DNA of 59,477 nt, the filler included, from Squatina squatina (lineage: Eukaryota): the NCBI GenBank assembly GCA_031763465.1. It is 3 parts of 3 records of this genome, joined end to end, with 100 filler letters (N's around TTAATTAATTAA, not from the genome) between each part and the next. Parts side by side here need not be neighbours in the genome. Positions count along the whole stretch, not along the records: positions 39,428 to 59,477 come from JARFOE010000001.1; 2 more parts are not named here. One strand, written 5' to 3'. Positions within the stretch are counted from its first letter, which is position 1. The number at the start of each line of letters is the position of its first letter. A model generated the notes under the pieces. The model worked only from the letters and a program-made list of their open reading frames with translations, had not been told where the DNA came from and made no database searches. Shown here piece by piece: positions 45,590 to 57,350 of the stretch. Both the position numbers and the translations under genes were made by a program.

Positions 45590-46712
45590 GAGAAAGAGCA
45601 GGAGCAACAGAGACCAGAGAGAGAGCAGGAGCAACAGAGATTGGAGAGGGACCAGAAGTAGCAGAGACTGGAGGGAGAGAGCAGGAGCAGCAGAGACCAG
45701 AGAAAGAGAGCGGGAGCAGCAGAGACCGGAACATGAGAGCGGGAGCAGCAGAGACCAGAGGGAGCGAGCGAGAGCAGCAGAGACTGGAGAGAGGGCAGGA
45801 GCAGCAGAGACCGGAAAGACGGAGTGTGAGCAGCAGGGACTGGAGAGAAAGAGAGCATGAGCAGCAGAGACCAGAGAGAGATGGTGGTAGCAGCAGAGAC
45901 TGGAGAGAGGGCGGTAACTGCAGAGACTGGAGAGAGAGAGAAAGAGTGCAGCAGAGGCCAGGGAGAGTGCGCAGGAGCAGCAGAGACTGGAGAAAGGGCG
46001 GGAGCAGCAGAGACCGGAGAGAGAGAGCAGGTGCACCTGAGACCGGAGAAAGCATGGAAGCAGCGGAGACCCGAGAGAGAAAGCGGGAGCAACAGAGACT
46101 GGAGAGGCAGAGTGGGAGCAGCAGAGACTGGAGAAATGGTGGGAGCAGCAGATACCGGAGAGAGAGCGGGAGCATCAGAGACTGGAGAGAGAGGGCAGGA
46201 GCAGCTGAGACCGGAGAGAGAGTGCAGGAGCAGCTGAGACCGGAGGAAGCGTGGAAGCAGCAGAGACTCGAGAGAGAGCGGGAGCAACAGAGACCAGAGA
46301 GACAGAGTGGGAGCAGCAGAGACTGGAGAGATAGAGCGGGAGAAGCAGAGTACGGAGAGACAGAGTGGGAGCAGCAGAGACTGGAGAAATGGTGGGAGCA
46401 GCAGATACCGGAGAGAGAGCGGAACAGCAGAGACCAGAAAGAGAGAGAGAGTGAGCACAGGAGAGACCGTAGAGAGCTAGAGCAGTTGCAGCAGAGACCG
46501 GAGAGAGAGAGAGCGGGAGCAGCAGAGACAGGAAAATGAGAGCGGGAGCAGCAGATATCGGAGAGAGAGAGCAGAAGCAGCTGAGACAAGACAAAGAGAG
46601 CCGAAGCAGCAGAGACCGGAGAAAGAGTGGGAGCAGCAGAGACCGGAGAGAGAGAGAGAGAGGGAGCAGCAGAGACCGGAGAGAGAGAGCAGGAGCCCCG
46701 GAGACCGGAGAA
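45590..46712. repeat. Degenerate purine-rich minisatellite (core GGAGCAGCAGAGAC(C/T)GGAGAGAGAG, units of roughly 25-35 bp)
   Basis: Directly visible tandem array running into a gap; it explains the low-complexity ORFs on both strands. Confidence 0.95.
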
Positions 46713-46819
46713 NNNNNNNNNNNNNNNNNNNNNNNNNNNNNNNNNNNNNNNNNNNNNNNNNNNNNNNNNNNNNNNNNNNNNNNNNNNNNNNNNNNNNNNN
46801 NNNNNNNNNNNNAACGAAA

Positions 46820-47220
46820 TTAGATCACATTGAAATTTATAAAATTCTGGCGGGACTGGACAGACTAGATGCAGGGAGTATGTTCCCGATGGCAGGGGAA
46901 TCTAGAACCAGGTGTCACAGCCTGAGGATAAGGGTAAGCCATTGAGGACTGAGATGAGGAGAAATTTCTTCACCCAGAGAGTGGTGAACCTGTGGAATTC
47001 TCGAGCACAGAAGGCAGTCGAGGCCAAATCATTAAATATATTCAAGAAGGAGTTAGATATAGCCCTTAGGGCTCAAGAGTTCAAGGGACATGGGGAGAAA
47101 TCAGGAACAGGGTACTGAATTTGGATGATCAGCCATGATCATATTGAATGACAGAGCAGACTCGAAGGGCCAAATGGCCTACTTCTGTTCCTATTTTCTA
47201 TGTTTATATGCTTCTATGTT
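46820..47220 (+). mobile_element. CR1 LINE 3' end with microsatellite tail
   Basis: RTEMRRNFFTQRVVNLWNS..IFKKELD; 3'UTR gaagggccaaatggcctact; tail ttctatgtttatatgcttctatgtt. Confidence 0.92.
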
Positions 47221-47244
47221 AAGGTTGTGTAGAACAACAAAAAT

Positions 47245-47572
47245 AGCTCGTATTTACACTGCACCTTTAACGTAGAAGAAAAAACATCCCAGGTCGCTTC
47301 ACAGAGGTGTAATTAAGAAAACAATGGACACGGAGTCAAAAAAAGAGATATTAGGTGGTAGTCAAACTGGTGGATTTAAAGGAGGATGTTAAAGGAGGAG
47401 AGGGCTGTAGAGCAGTGGAGTGGTTTAGGGTGAGAATTCCAAAACATGAGCAGGACTTGGTGTGGGGTAGGATACTGACAGCAGCATTTTGGATGAGTTG
47501 AAGTTTGGAGAGGGTGGAGGTTGGGAGGCCAGCCAAGAGAGCATTGGAATAGTTGAGTCTGGAGGTGGCCAC
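47245..47572 (-). mobile_element. L2-clade LINE 3' fragment
   Basis: Minus strand TSRLNYSNALLAGLPTSTLSKLQLIQNAAVSIL, followed by an L2-type tail. Confidence 0.85.
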
Positions 47573-49149
47573 CACGCCTTGTGTGCAACATTGTGTGCCC
47601 GCACAGCTTGACCACGGAATCAGCCATCTCGTTCCAGCTTTAAGAACTCTTTCCAATGTACTTCTAAGCTGTAAGCAAGAACATCCTAAACATAGTGAGA
47701 TAAACTAAATACGGATTAGCAAGCTTATGAAATATGTATCCTTGACACTGAGCATGACAGAAATATTGGGCACAGCCTGAAAATCATAACCCCAATTTGT
47801 GCATGCTTTTAAATTTTGACAATAACATCAGCAACAGCAATATCTAGTCTAAGCCTCCAAATATTTTGTCCAGCTCAAATGAAAAACTAATTTTTATCAG
47901 ACTTTTTGGGGAATATTTCTACCCAACTTACTTGACTCCACTTTGGATTTATTATTGGGCTTTGCGCTCTCCTCACAATTTTCATTTTGCCCACATTGTT
48001 GATCACTAGAGCTGCCTCAGTACTCATTGGATCAGCAAAACCTTATTTCCTTATTTTAACTTGGATGTGCAAAATTAGAATGGAATATTTGCTCCAGTTG
48101 CATAAATTCAGCATTTAAAGAGGAATCTGGGTGGGGAGTGGAATGCATGTAGGGAATGGAAGGAAGCCCTTGAAATGTGAAATACTTTCCAACTCCCGTA
48201 TGGCTCATTGAAGCTGTATTTTAAAACTCTGTCACATACTGCTGCTACTACATTTCACAGGATATAGAAAGACGAGGTTACCACCTGGAAACACTGAATT
48301 ATGTGACCTCCAAGCTGATGAAGAACTCCTTGCTTTAGAGAGCAGCACAGTCTATATTTTGCTGCTGGCACCGAGGTATCATAATTCAATGTTTCCATGT
48401 GGATAGCCTTAATACTAATCTTCCTCAGAAATGTCATCTTCCATTTCCTGTTAAACAGCATGTAGTCTCACCTGAGGCTGCAGAGCATCCATTTACCACA
48501 AAGATTCTCCAGAGAGAGTGGTAGAGGTTTGGAAATACATTATTGATGAGACATAATGAGCTATGTAAATACTTTACTTTCCAGCAGTACTGACAATTGT
48601 TTGGTAGAAGATTTCACTGAGTTNNNNNNNNNNNNNNNNNNNNNNNNNNNNNNNNNNNNNNNNNNNNNNNNNNNNNNNNNNNNNNNNNNNNNNNNNNNNN
48701 NNNNNNNNNNNNNNNNNNNNNNNNNNNNNNNNNNNNNNNNNNNNNNNNNNNNNNNNNNNNNNNNNNNNNNNNNNNNNNNNNNNNNNNNGAACATGTTAAG
48801 TGGCCACAGGCTAAAACCACACAGTGCAATTTTATCTCCAATGTCTCTCTCTCTTTAACTCTGCATAATGACAATCAATAATCTTACTTTTGCACATTTA
48901 CCTTCAATAATGTTTCACAGTTTGTGGTGTGTCCGTGTGAACCATCTATTTTACAAGTACCAAATTCCTAACAGAAAGATGTTCTCATCAAATAAGAAGG
49001 AAAATCCAAAAGTACTTTTTGCTCAAAGTTCTCTCCAAATAATTAATCAAAGAATTTGAACTGATAAAAATAAAACTTGATTTTTCATTTGCAAACCTTT
49101 TTTTAACTTCAGTTGGGCCCCTAATCTGAGTCTCAAATTGGGTAGATTT

Positions 49150-49698
49150 TCATCTGGTGGAGCAGAGTGGTAATCTGGTGGAGCGGTAATCTGGCAGAGC
49201 TGTAATCTAATGGATCAGAGCGGTAATCTGATGGAGCAGAGTGGTAATCTGATAGAGCAGTAATCTAATGGATCAGAGCGGTAATCTGATGGATCAGAGC
49301 GGTAATCTGATGGATCAGAGTGGTAATCTGATGGATCAGAGTGGTAATCTGATGGAGTAGAGTGGTAATCTGATGGAGTAGAGCAGTAATCTGGTGGAGC
49401 GGAGCAGTAATCTGATGGAGCAGAGTGGTAATCTGGTGGAGCAGAGTGGTAATCTGGCGGAGCAGTAATCTGGCAGAACAATAATCTGGCGGAGCAGAGT
49501 GGTAATCTGGTCGGGTGGTAATCTGGCAGAATGGTAATCTGCTGGAGCAGAGTGGTAATCTGGTGGTGTGGTAATCTGATGGAGCAGAGCAGTAATCTAA
49601 TAGATCGGAGTGATAATCAGATGGATCAGCATGGCAATCTGATGGAATACAGCGGTAATCTGATGGAGTGGTAATCTGGCAGAACGGTAATCTGATGC
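49150..49698. repeat. Minisatellite, about 28 units of 21 bp (GATGGAGCAGAGTGGTAATCT) mixed with 16-bp variants
   Basis: Recurring (G)TAATCT core counted by eye; abuts a CR1 tail (gaaacatagaaacatag) at about 49705. Confidence 0.95.
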
Positions 49699-49863
49699 AA
49701 CATTGAAACATAGAAACATAGAAAATAGGAGCAGGAGTAGACCATTCGGCCCTTCGAGTCTGTNNNNNNNNNNNNNNNNNNNNNNNNNNNNNNNNNNNNN
49801 NNNNNNNNNNNNNNNNNNNNNNNNNNNNNNNNNNNNNNNNNNNNNNNNNNNNNNNNNNNNNNN

Positions 49864-50105
49864 TACTCACGGCACTTCACAGGAACATTATCAAACAAAA
49901 ATTTGACAGCAAGCCACATGAGATATTAGGACACCTGACCTAAAGCTTGGACAAAGAGGTAGGTTTTACGGAGCATCTTAAAGGAGAAGAGAGAGGTACA
50001 GAGGCAGAGAGAAGTTAATGAAGGTAATTCAAGAGCTTAGGGCCTAGGTAGCTGAAAGCATGACCGCCAATGGTGGAGCAATGAAAATCGGGGAAGCCCA
50101 GAGGC
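49864..50105 (-). mobile_element. L2-clade LINE 3' end
   Basis: agcttggacaaagaggtaggtttt..aagagcttagggcctaggtagctgaaagcatgaccgccaatgg; minus-strand TIGGHAFSYLGPKLLNYL. Confidence 0.75.
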
Positions 50106-52094
50106 CGCATGCCGGCACCAATTGAAGGCTGCTGGCAGCAAGGTTCAGTGCAAGTGTTGGGCTGTTGCAAGGCTGGGAAGTTGGGCAGAATCCGGGGTAC
50201 CGGAAGCTTGGAGTTTCCTTGGATGAGCATTAAAGAAAAGACGCGTCTAAGGAAAGGTTTCCGCTTACCTTCAGTGGCCTCGCTGGCTTCCCAACTGTTT
50301 TACCTAGTTTTGGTGTTGTGGTAACCACTCAGGAGCAGGATAAAATGCCACGTACATCCTGGAATCCCAACTTGCATTATTAACGAGGCTCCTGTCAGCG
50401 TCCAATGGGATCCTCAACTACTGCCAAAATGAGCGTCATTAAAATGGGTCATCAGCAGGAACGGAAGCCCATTTTAATTGCTTTCTCGCACCTTTCCCGG
50501 CGATCTAGGGAGTTAAAATTCCCTATAAATGCACATACACATGCAAACACACTTGTTAAAATGCCAAATGTGAGTTGCAGAGTACTGCAATAAAGCTCTA
50601 TCGCCATGCGCAGTCACTTCAGTAAAAAAGACTATAATTTCAATAATAACCCAACTTAAATTGCGACACTAATGATAATTCATACATTTGTGAGTCTTCA
50701 GTAAAATAGCATTTTAATGCCACTACTGTACTAATGATACAATGATATTGTAACTCCAAGGGTAATTATTTGGTTGAAGAACTCACCTTCAGCTTTCTCT
50801 AAAATCAGGTAATCACCGTATCTGCTGAAAAAGAATGTTTCCACACCAGTTGATTCCTAATATGTGTATTGTACATTCGGTTTCAGCATTATGGTGTAGC
50901 TTTCTCTGCAGTTACTTCCCTCCATTGCATTCCGGACTCGCCATTCTGTAATAGAATCCTCAAGGGTTTCAGCTAGAAAAACCTTCACATGAATAATTTT
51001 GGTTGAATTGTTTCTGATTCATGGAATGTGGAAAATGTGAATGTGAAAATGCTCTATGCAATTAATTTTTTTTCCCTTTCTCCACCCCACCCCCCCACCA
51101 TGTAATGGACCTTGGCTTCATGCTAATGCTTGAGCTATCACCATGCAGCAGGTGCAGTCAATTTTCCTCTGAAAAATGCACATGAATGCATCATTTGACT
51201 CTATTTTTCAAATATTTCACAGNNNNNNNNNNNNNNNNNNNNNNNNNNNNNNNNNNNNNNNNNNNNNNNNNNNNNNNNNNNNNNNNNNNNNNNNNNNNNN
51301 NNNNNNNNNNNNNNNNNNNNNNTAGGCCCAATGGACATTCAATACTAGTTTATGCCAAATGCGGACTCTACTGTAGACTGTTAGGTGATACTGCAGTATA
51401 TTTAGCTGTCATCGCTGTCCATTTGTTGTTTGTGGAACCACGTCTGCCTACAGAGCAACAGCAACTGTGTGTTCAAAAATAATTTATTGGATTTGAAGTG
51501 CCTTGGGATATTTTGAGTATGTGGAAGGCACTGTATGAATACTATTTCTTATGTTTTTTCTTTCTAACTTTATTTCCTACCTTCATTCCTTACTTGGATA
51601 AAACAATGTCCATATGTTTACCCTGGCTGAGAGGGGAAGTGTAGAGTGTGGAAATAACCATACAGTCATAATCCTTTAATCCTAATACCCTGACTAGTAT
51701 TCTCCGGAAAAACATTCTCACCCATTATTATTGTCCACAGGGCTCTAGCATAAAATACAATAAAAGGAATTGTGCGTAGCATGGTTAAATACTTCTCTTT
51801 TTATTTAAAATTCTCCCAAAGTGCTTGGTGTTTGCTTGCTGCCGACAAGGAGCTAAAGTAATGGAATTAAATTGAGCTCAATCTACAATTATTGCTCTGC
51901 TTCCTCGTGATTTGCAAGTAACCTGTCAGCATATTCAATGCACATTGCTGAGGGTTAAAATCACTTTAATATCAATATTGTTGCATTGACACATTGTAAT
52001 TTCCCCTTCTCCAGAAGGATAATAACCAGTTACGTTTTCAGACAACAACAAAAATCAAACCTCTCGTTGTCAAGGTAGCCATTTCACACTGACC

Positions 52095-52722
52095 ACAAAC
52101 TTAAATGGACACATTTACTGTGGCTACAAGAACAGGTCAGAGGCTGGGTATTCTGCAGCGAGTGTCTCACCTCCTGACTCCCCAAAGCTTTTCCACCATC
52201 TACAAGGCACAAGTCAGGAGTGTGATGGAACACTCTCCACTTACTTGGATGAGTGCAGCTCCAACAACACTCAAGAAGCTCAACACCATCCAGGACAAAG
52301 TAGCCCAGTTGATCGGCACCCCACCCACCACCTTAAACATTCACTCCCTCCACCACCGGTGCACCATGGCTGCAGTGTGTACCATCTTCAAGATGCATTG
52401 CAGCAACTTTCTAAGGCTTCTTCGACAGCACCTCCCAAATCCACCACCACTACCACCTAGAAGGACAAGGACTGCAGGCGCATGGGAACTCCATCAAATT
52501 CCCCTCCAAGTCACACACTATCCTGACATGGAAATATATCGGTGTTCCTTCATCATCGCAGGTTCAAAATCCTGGAACTCCCTCCCTAACAGCACTATGG
52601 GAGTGCCTTCACCACAAGGACTGCAAAGGTTCAAGAAGGCGGCTCACCACTACTTTCTTCAGGGCAATAAATGCTGACCTTGCCAGTGATGCCCACATCC
52701 TATGAACAAATATAAAAGAAAA
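52095..52722 (+). mobile_element. LINE ORF2 C-terminus and 3'UTR (CR1/L2 group)
   Basis: VATRTGQRLGILQRVSHLLTPQSFSTIYKAQVRSVMEHSPLTWM..HSLHHRC..GSKSWNSLP..LQRFKKAAHH; A-rich tail. Confidence 0.88.
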
Positions 52723-53552
52723 TTACCTGGTACATGAGAAAGATCTAGACAGGCATTTAAACTTTGATTATGGCAGATCAGTAGTGTTGTGAAGCTTCTT
52801 AAACAATATGTGCAATTGCCAATTCTCCAACAAAAATTCAGAATGGTGTTTGGAGAAGAGAAAGCAGCTTTTTCCTTTATTGTACTGTTCAGGTAAGCTC
52901 TGTAGCAACCATAAAACCCACGTCAGGTGATTATTTTGGATTTTGTTAATTGCATAAATGATAGCACCATGGCTCAGGAGAGCAGGCAAATATCTGGTCC
53001 CAGATCTCACTATTACTGATTTCTGTTGCCCAGTTAATTTTCATGATTTTCCTTCTCTTCCTCTTAAATGGAGAGTACTAGTTCTCTGCTCGGTGCTGCC
53101 ACTAGAGAGTTCCAGCTCAGAACTCTGTGTTTGGGGATTCACAGACATGAATTGGTGTCTTTTCTTTGACAGATGATGTTAGATCATTATTCACTGCACC
53201 ACTAGTTCATTGAATTTGTAGTCTTTTTGTATATCTTGCCAATTAAGTTCTGATTATAGGTACTGCATATCTAGTGAAAACTAATTATACCCATTATAAA
53301 TATTTAGTTACTTTTTTTCTCAACTGCTGCAACTGTAATTCATAAACTAATGTTTTAGTTTACCATTTTCTCGAGTCGGTTTTAAAATTGTGCAGCTATC
53401 TACAAACGGTTTGTTACAATCTGCATTTTTTCCTTTTCTTTCATAATGACTGTTTGCCTTTCTTCTTCCTTTGTGTCTTGGATGTTTCCAAGAACATGAT
53501 TTGGCAAGGGTTGCTCTTGAAAATATCAGTCTAGACTTGGCTGTTGGTTTAA

Positions 53553-54013
53553 TGGCCCTGAATTTGTGGTTGGAGGCATCCCGCGGGGAAATGCCTCCGA
53601 CCCACAAATAAAACACCCGCCTACCTGGTGGTCCGGAGATTTGTGGTCCTGGGTACGTGTGGGCAGAGGCCCATGTATCTCAGGGGCACACAGGGTTCGC
53701 AAGCGCCCCCGGGATCACGTGGGCCAGCCCAACAAATGACAGAAGGGAATTCCCATTCATTGTTATGGGATTCCAGTACATACGGAATCCCCATAAGTAT
53801 GAATGAGAATACTCCAAAAACTATATCTAGACATCAAATAATTTTTTTTTTTTTAAATCACCCATTTAAAATGAATGAAAATGGTATTTGATTAAATATT
53901 TTAAAACAAAAGTAATTTTACATGGCTTAAAGTGGCTAAAAATAAACTTATTTCACAGATTTATAAATTATTGATGAAATTTTATTTCTGTTTTTTTTAA
54001 AACTCTTATGCTG
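53553..54013. mobile_element. Non-autonomous DNA transposon-like element with internal hairpins
   Basis: Abrupt GC-rich start (ggccctgaatttg), two long imperfect palindromes and an AT-rich interior; terminus style shared with other relics in the window. Confidence 0.5.
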
Positions 54014-55344
54014 NNNNNNNNNNNNNNNNNNNNNNNNNNNNNNNNNNNNNNNNNNNNNNNNNNNNNNNNNNNNNNNNNNNNNNNNNNNNNNNNNNNNNNN
54101 NNNNNNNNNNNNNTTCTATGTTTCTATGTCTTGTTTGTTGCAGGGCTAGGTCACCCTTGCAGTTGTAGAGTTTGACAAGAGTTGCCTCGAGCAGGAGAGG
54201 CAGCAATAGTGACACATCCCTTGAGATGAAGCACCATGCTCATAGTATGGTGAGAACTTTGATCTATTTTAAATTCATGGGATACAGCACATGATCACCA
54301 ATTGGACTTGGCAAGCTTCATTCACAAATTGATTGTGTGTCCAGTCCCACATGTCGGAAAGCAAGAACAGTTCTTACTGCACCAGTTAAGCAACATAATA
54401 TTACAGCCTCTAACTGATAAAGTCAACCTCCACCATATTTAACAGACCTAACAATAATGGGAAGGTTATGACAATGTTAATCTAAGTGTAAGAAGATGTT
54501 GTCTACATGGTATTTAAAGTAGTCGTTAAGTAGGGCTATGATGCATTATATAGAGGAGGATCTCATTAATTATTACTGTGGGTAGAGTTTAAGTTCACCT
54601 ATCATCATGAGCAGCTTTCATTTGTTTTCTTTTGCTCAATACTGTTGGTGCCAGAAACCGCACGCAGGCTAATTTTTAATCCTTCTCCCATGCGGGAAAG
54701 AGGATTTAGTGGTGATAATGCCCTCTATATCTGTCTGCCAAATATTGTTCTTGCCAAATTCATAAAAATAAAATAACTTTAGCNNNNNNNNNNNNNNNNN
54801 NNNNNNNNNNNNNNNNNNNNNNNNNNNNNNNNNNNNNNNNNNNNNNNNNNNNNNNNNNNNNNNNNNNNNNNNNNNNNNNNNNNACTGGCCTCTGTTTGGA
54901 CAAGCAGCAAAAAGATCCCAATATTAAAACATATAGGAAGGGGTTTTACATCCTTCTTTTCCGCCCATGTAAGTAATACCTTAATTGCAATAGAATGGTC
55001 TTTATTTATCTCCCCACTGCCGGTCTGAGCCAATAGAGCACCTTTTCTGCCCTGGCCCCTGAAACTGACTTCAACTGGTGGTAGTTTGCGAGCAGTTCGT
55101 TCCTTCTTTCAGCAAATGCAATTATTTTGCTGTTACTGCATGCAACTGTTTCAAAGAAGCCCAACACAACAGATTTTGCACAATTTTAGTGTTGACAGCT
55201 CTTCAGCATTGGTACAATTTAATGCTAAATTTTAAGCACATTCAGAGAAACTTGATACACATTCATAAATCAAGGGTTTTAAAACTGTATTATGACCTCA
55301 AAGATTCACTATCATCTATTTGATGAAGATTTGCCTTCAGCATG

Positions 55345-55605
55345 GCAAAATTCAATAAGGAATTCAGGAGAAACTTCTTTGCCCAGAGAGTGGTTAGAAT
55401 GTGGAACTCGCCACCACAAGGAGTGGTTGAGACGACTTGCTTAGATGCATTTAAGGGGCAGCTAGATAAACATATGAGAGAGAAAGGAATAAATTAATGG
55501 CATCAAATGAAGAAGGGTGGGAGGAGGCTCATGTGGAGCATAAGCACCGGCATGAACCTGTTGGGCCGAATGGCCTGTTTTTATGTTGTAAATGCTATGT
55601 AATAT
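55345..55605 (+). mobile_element. CR1 LINE 3' end
   Basis: ggaattcaggagaaacttctttgcccagagagtggttagaatgtggaactcg..ttgggccgaatggcctgttt. Confidence 0.88.
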
Positions 55606-56904
55606 TATAAACCATGTGATATGCCAGTCACCTTAATATTCTAGATGTGCAAGTTATCAACCCTGCATACTAATCAAGAACGGTTTAATCCATGTTCCTG
55701 ACATGTTCCCTGAGAGGCTGATTCCCTCTCCAGGATGCTGAGTGACAGGTCAGCAAAGCCATAGAGTGACAGTATTTAGTAACCGTGCCTACCATTTTCT
55801 AATCTGTAAGTCTATTAGGTCTATTAGCTGTCTCTTCCAGAAAACCATTCATTTATTTTTCCCAGAGGTTTAGTTCATGGCCATTTGGTAATGATTCATT
55901 ATATTACAATCTTAACATTTGCTTTCCACAGCAATTCGCAATATTACCTTTCTTATACTCTTGGCATTTACAATCTATCTTGGCAATACAATTACATATA
56001 ATGACAGCAGCCCATTCTTTTACAGCTTTACAATATTATATAGGTATTTTTTTAATGTAATTCAAATGTCTTTCTAACAGTCAAAATAAAGTTTAAACTT
56101 GGAAACCAGAACAATAAAAGAGAAAATCCATCAAATATTTCCAAATGGCGATGTGTTTACAAAAATAATCCAGCATTGCCAATAGCAACGAGGTCAGATA
56201 TCTGAAAAAAAGACACACATCTTTACAAAAGAGGCTACTTAAAAAGAAAATCTACATTAAATCCTCTGATCATAGAAATACATAGAATGCATAGCAGTCA
56301 CAACATGGAAATAGGTTTGTGTCAGCATTTACCCACACACAAGCAAGTAGTCCTAATAACATTTACCCACCCTGTTCCCATATTCCCACCCACGGTTCAG
56401 TGCCAAGGCTGCTAATGAGCTACATAGGATAGATTTAATTTACTCTGTGCACTTTTTAGCACACGGTTACAAGATTAAGGACTTGCTTTAGATATTCTCT
56501 TTGGTGCAATGGTGCTAATCACTTCTGTATGAGAATGTCACATTTAAAGGCATGCCTGCATTGCCTAATATCTAACTACACAACTGCATTACAACCTTGT
56601 AGTCTTTGTTGGACTTGATGTTTGGTCAACAGTCTTGTTTAATTTAAGTTAATTTTTGTTTAACTTGCTTATCAATATCCATGTGGTAGATTTTACAATT
56701 TTTTTATTCCTTGTTCAAAACTTTCTTTATAAGGACTGTGTATTATGATTCAGGCATGAATGTCAGNNNNNNNNNNNNNNNNNNNNNNNNNNNNNNNNNN
56801 NNNNNNNNNNNNNNNNNNNNNNNNNNNNNNNNNNNNNNNNNNNNNNNNNNNNNNNNNNNNNNNNNNTTTTGGTTTGGGTGTTGGGGGGGGGGGGGGGAGA
56901 CAAG

Positions 56905-57350
56905 TATTGGATGGTTAACTCATTAGCACAGTGAGAATCCCATATGGTTTTATAGCTTTGGTCCACAATCTTTATTCTGATACAAGAATGGTGATTGAGA
57001 TAGGGAAATCTAAAACTAATCTAATTGAAATTAAGAATGGTGTGCCTGAATATCACTCTTTATACCTTATGTATATTGGAGACGGAGAGTTTGGGTTTTT
57101 GCTTAAATTGATTGAAACTGAAAGTTAAGGGTACTTCTCTCGCTTATGCTGTGGATATTGCTCCAGTGAATGATTCACATTCAGGTATGGCCAACAACAT
57201 AAGGATATTGCAATTTTTTTTGCAATAAAACTGGTCCAGAAATCAATATCTAGACGACCACAGGGTTTCATTTGATACATAAGAACGAGTCAGTCTTATA
57301 TAACTCCAAGGCAAGTTGGTCCCTGAGTAAAGGAGAAGTATGTTACATAA
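56905..57350 (+). mobile_element. R2-clade non-LTR retrotransposon RT relic
   Basis: RIPYGFIALVHNLYSD..IEIKNGV..LLKLIE..SLAYAVDIA..DSHSGMANNIRILQF/FCNKTG..INI..GFH..SVLYN...WSL follows fish R2 RT as recalled (LAFADDL..SDSW..M..NI.ILE.FC.LTGL..CHGF..DSY.IN...W). Confidence 0.65.

Noticed and set aside
45383-46833. Long ORFs (217-337 aa) on both strands
   Set aside because: They are translations of a stop-poor minisatellite: low complexity, with no splice or domain evidence.
49215-49870. Heptad-repeat peptide (PSDYHSA)n resembling a Pol II CTD, and a CRISPR-like appearance of the array
   Set aside because: A 21-bp tandem unit automatically gives heptads and the 16-bp units break the frame. 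There are no unique spacers or cas genes, and the DNA is vertebrate.
53490-53550. Possible plus-strand exon (HDLARVALENISLDLAV) after a pyrimidine tract
   Set aside because: Weak donor, unrecognised peptide, and directly adjacent to a repeat boundary.
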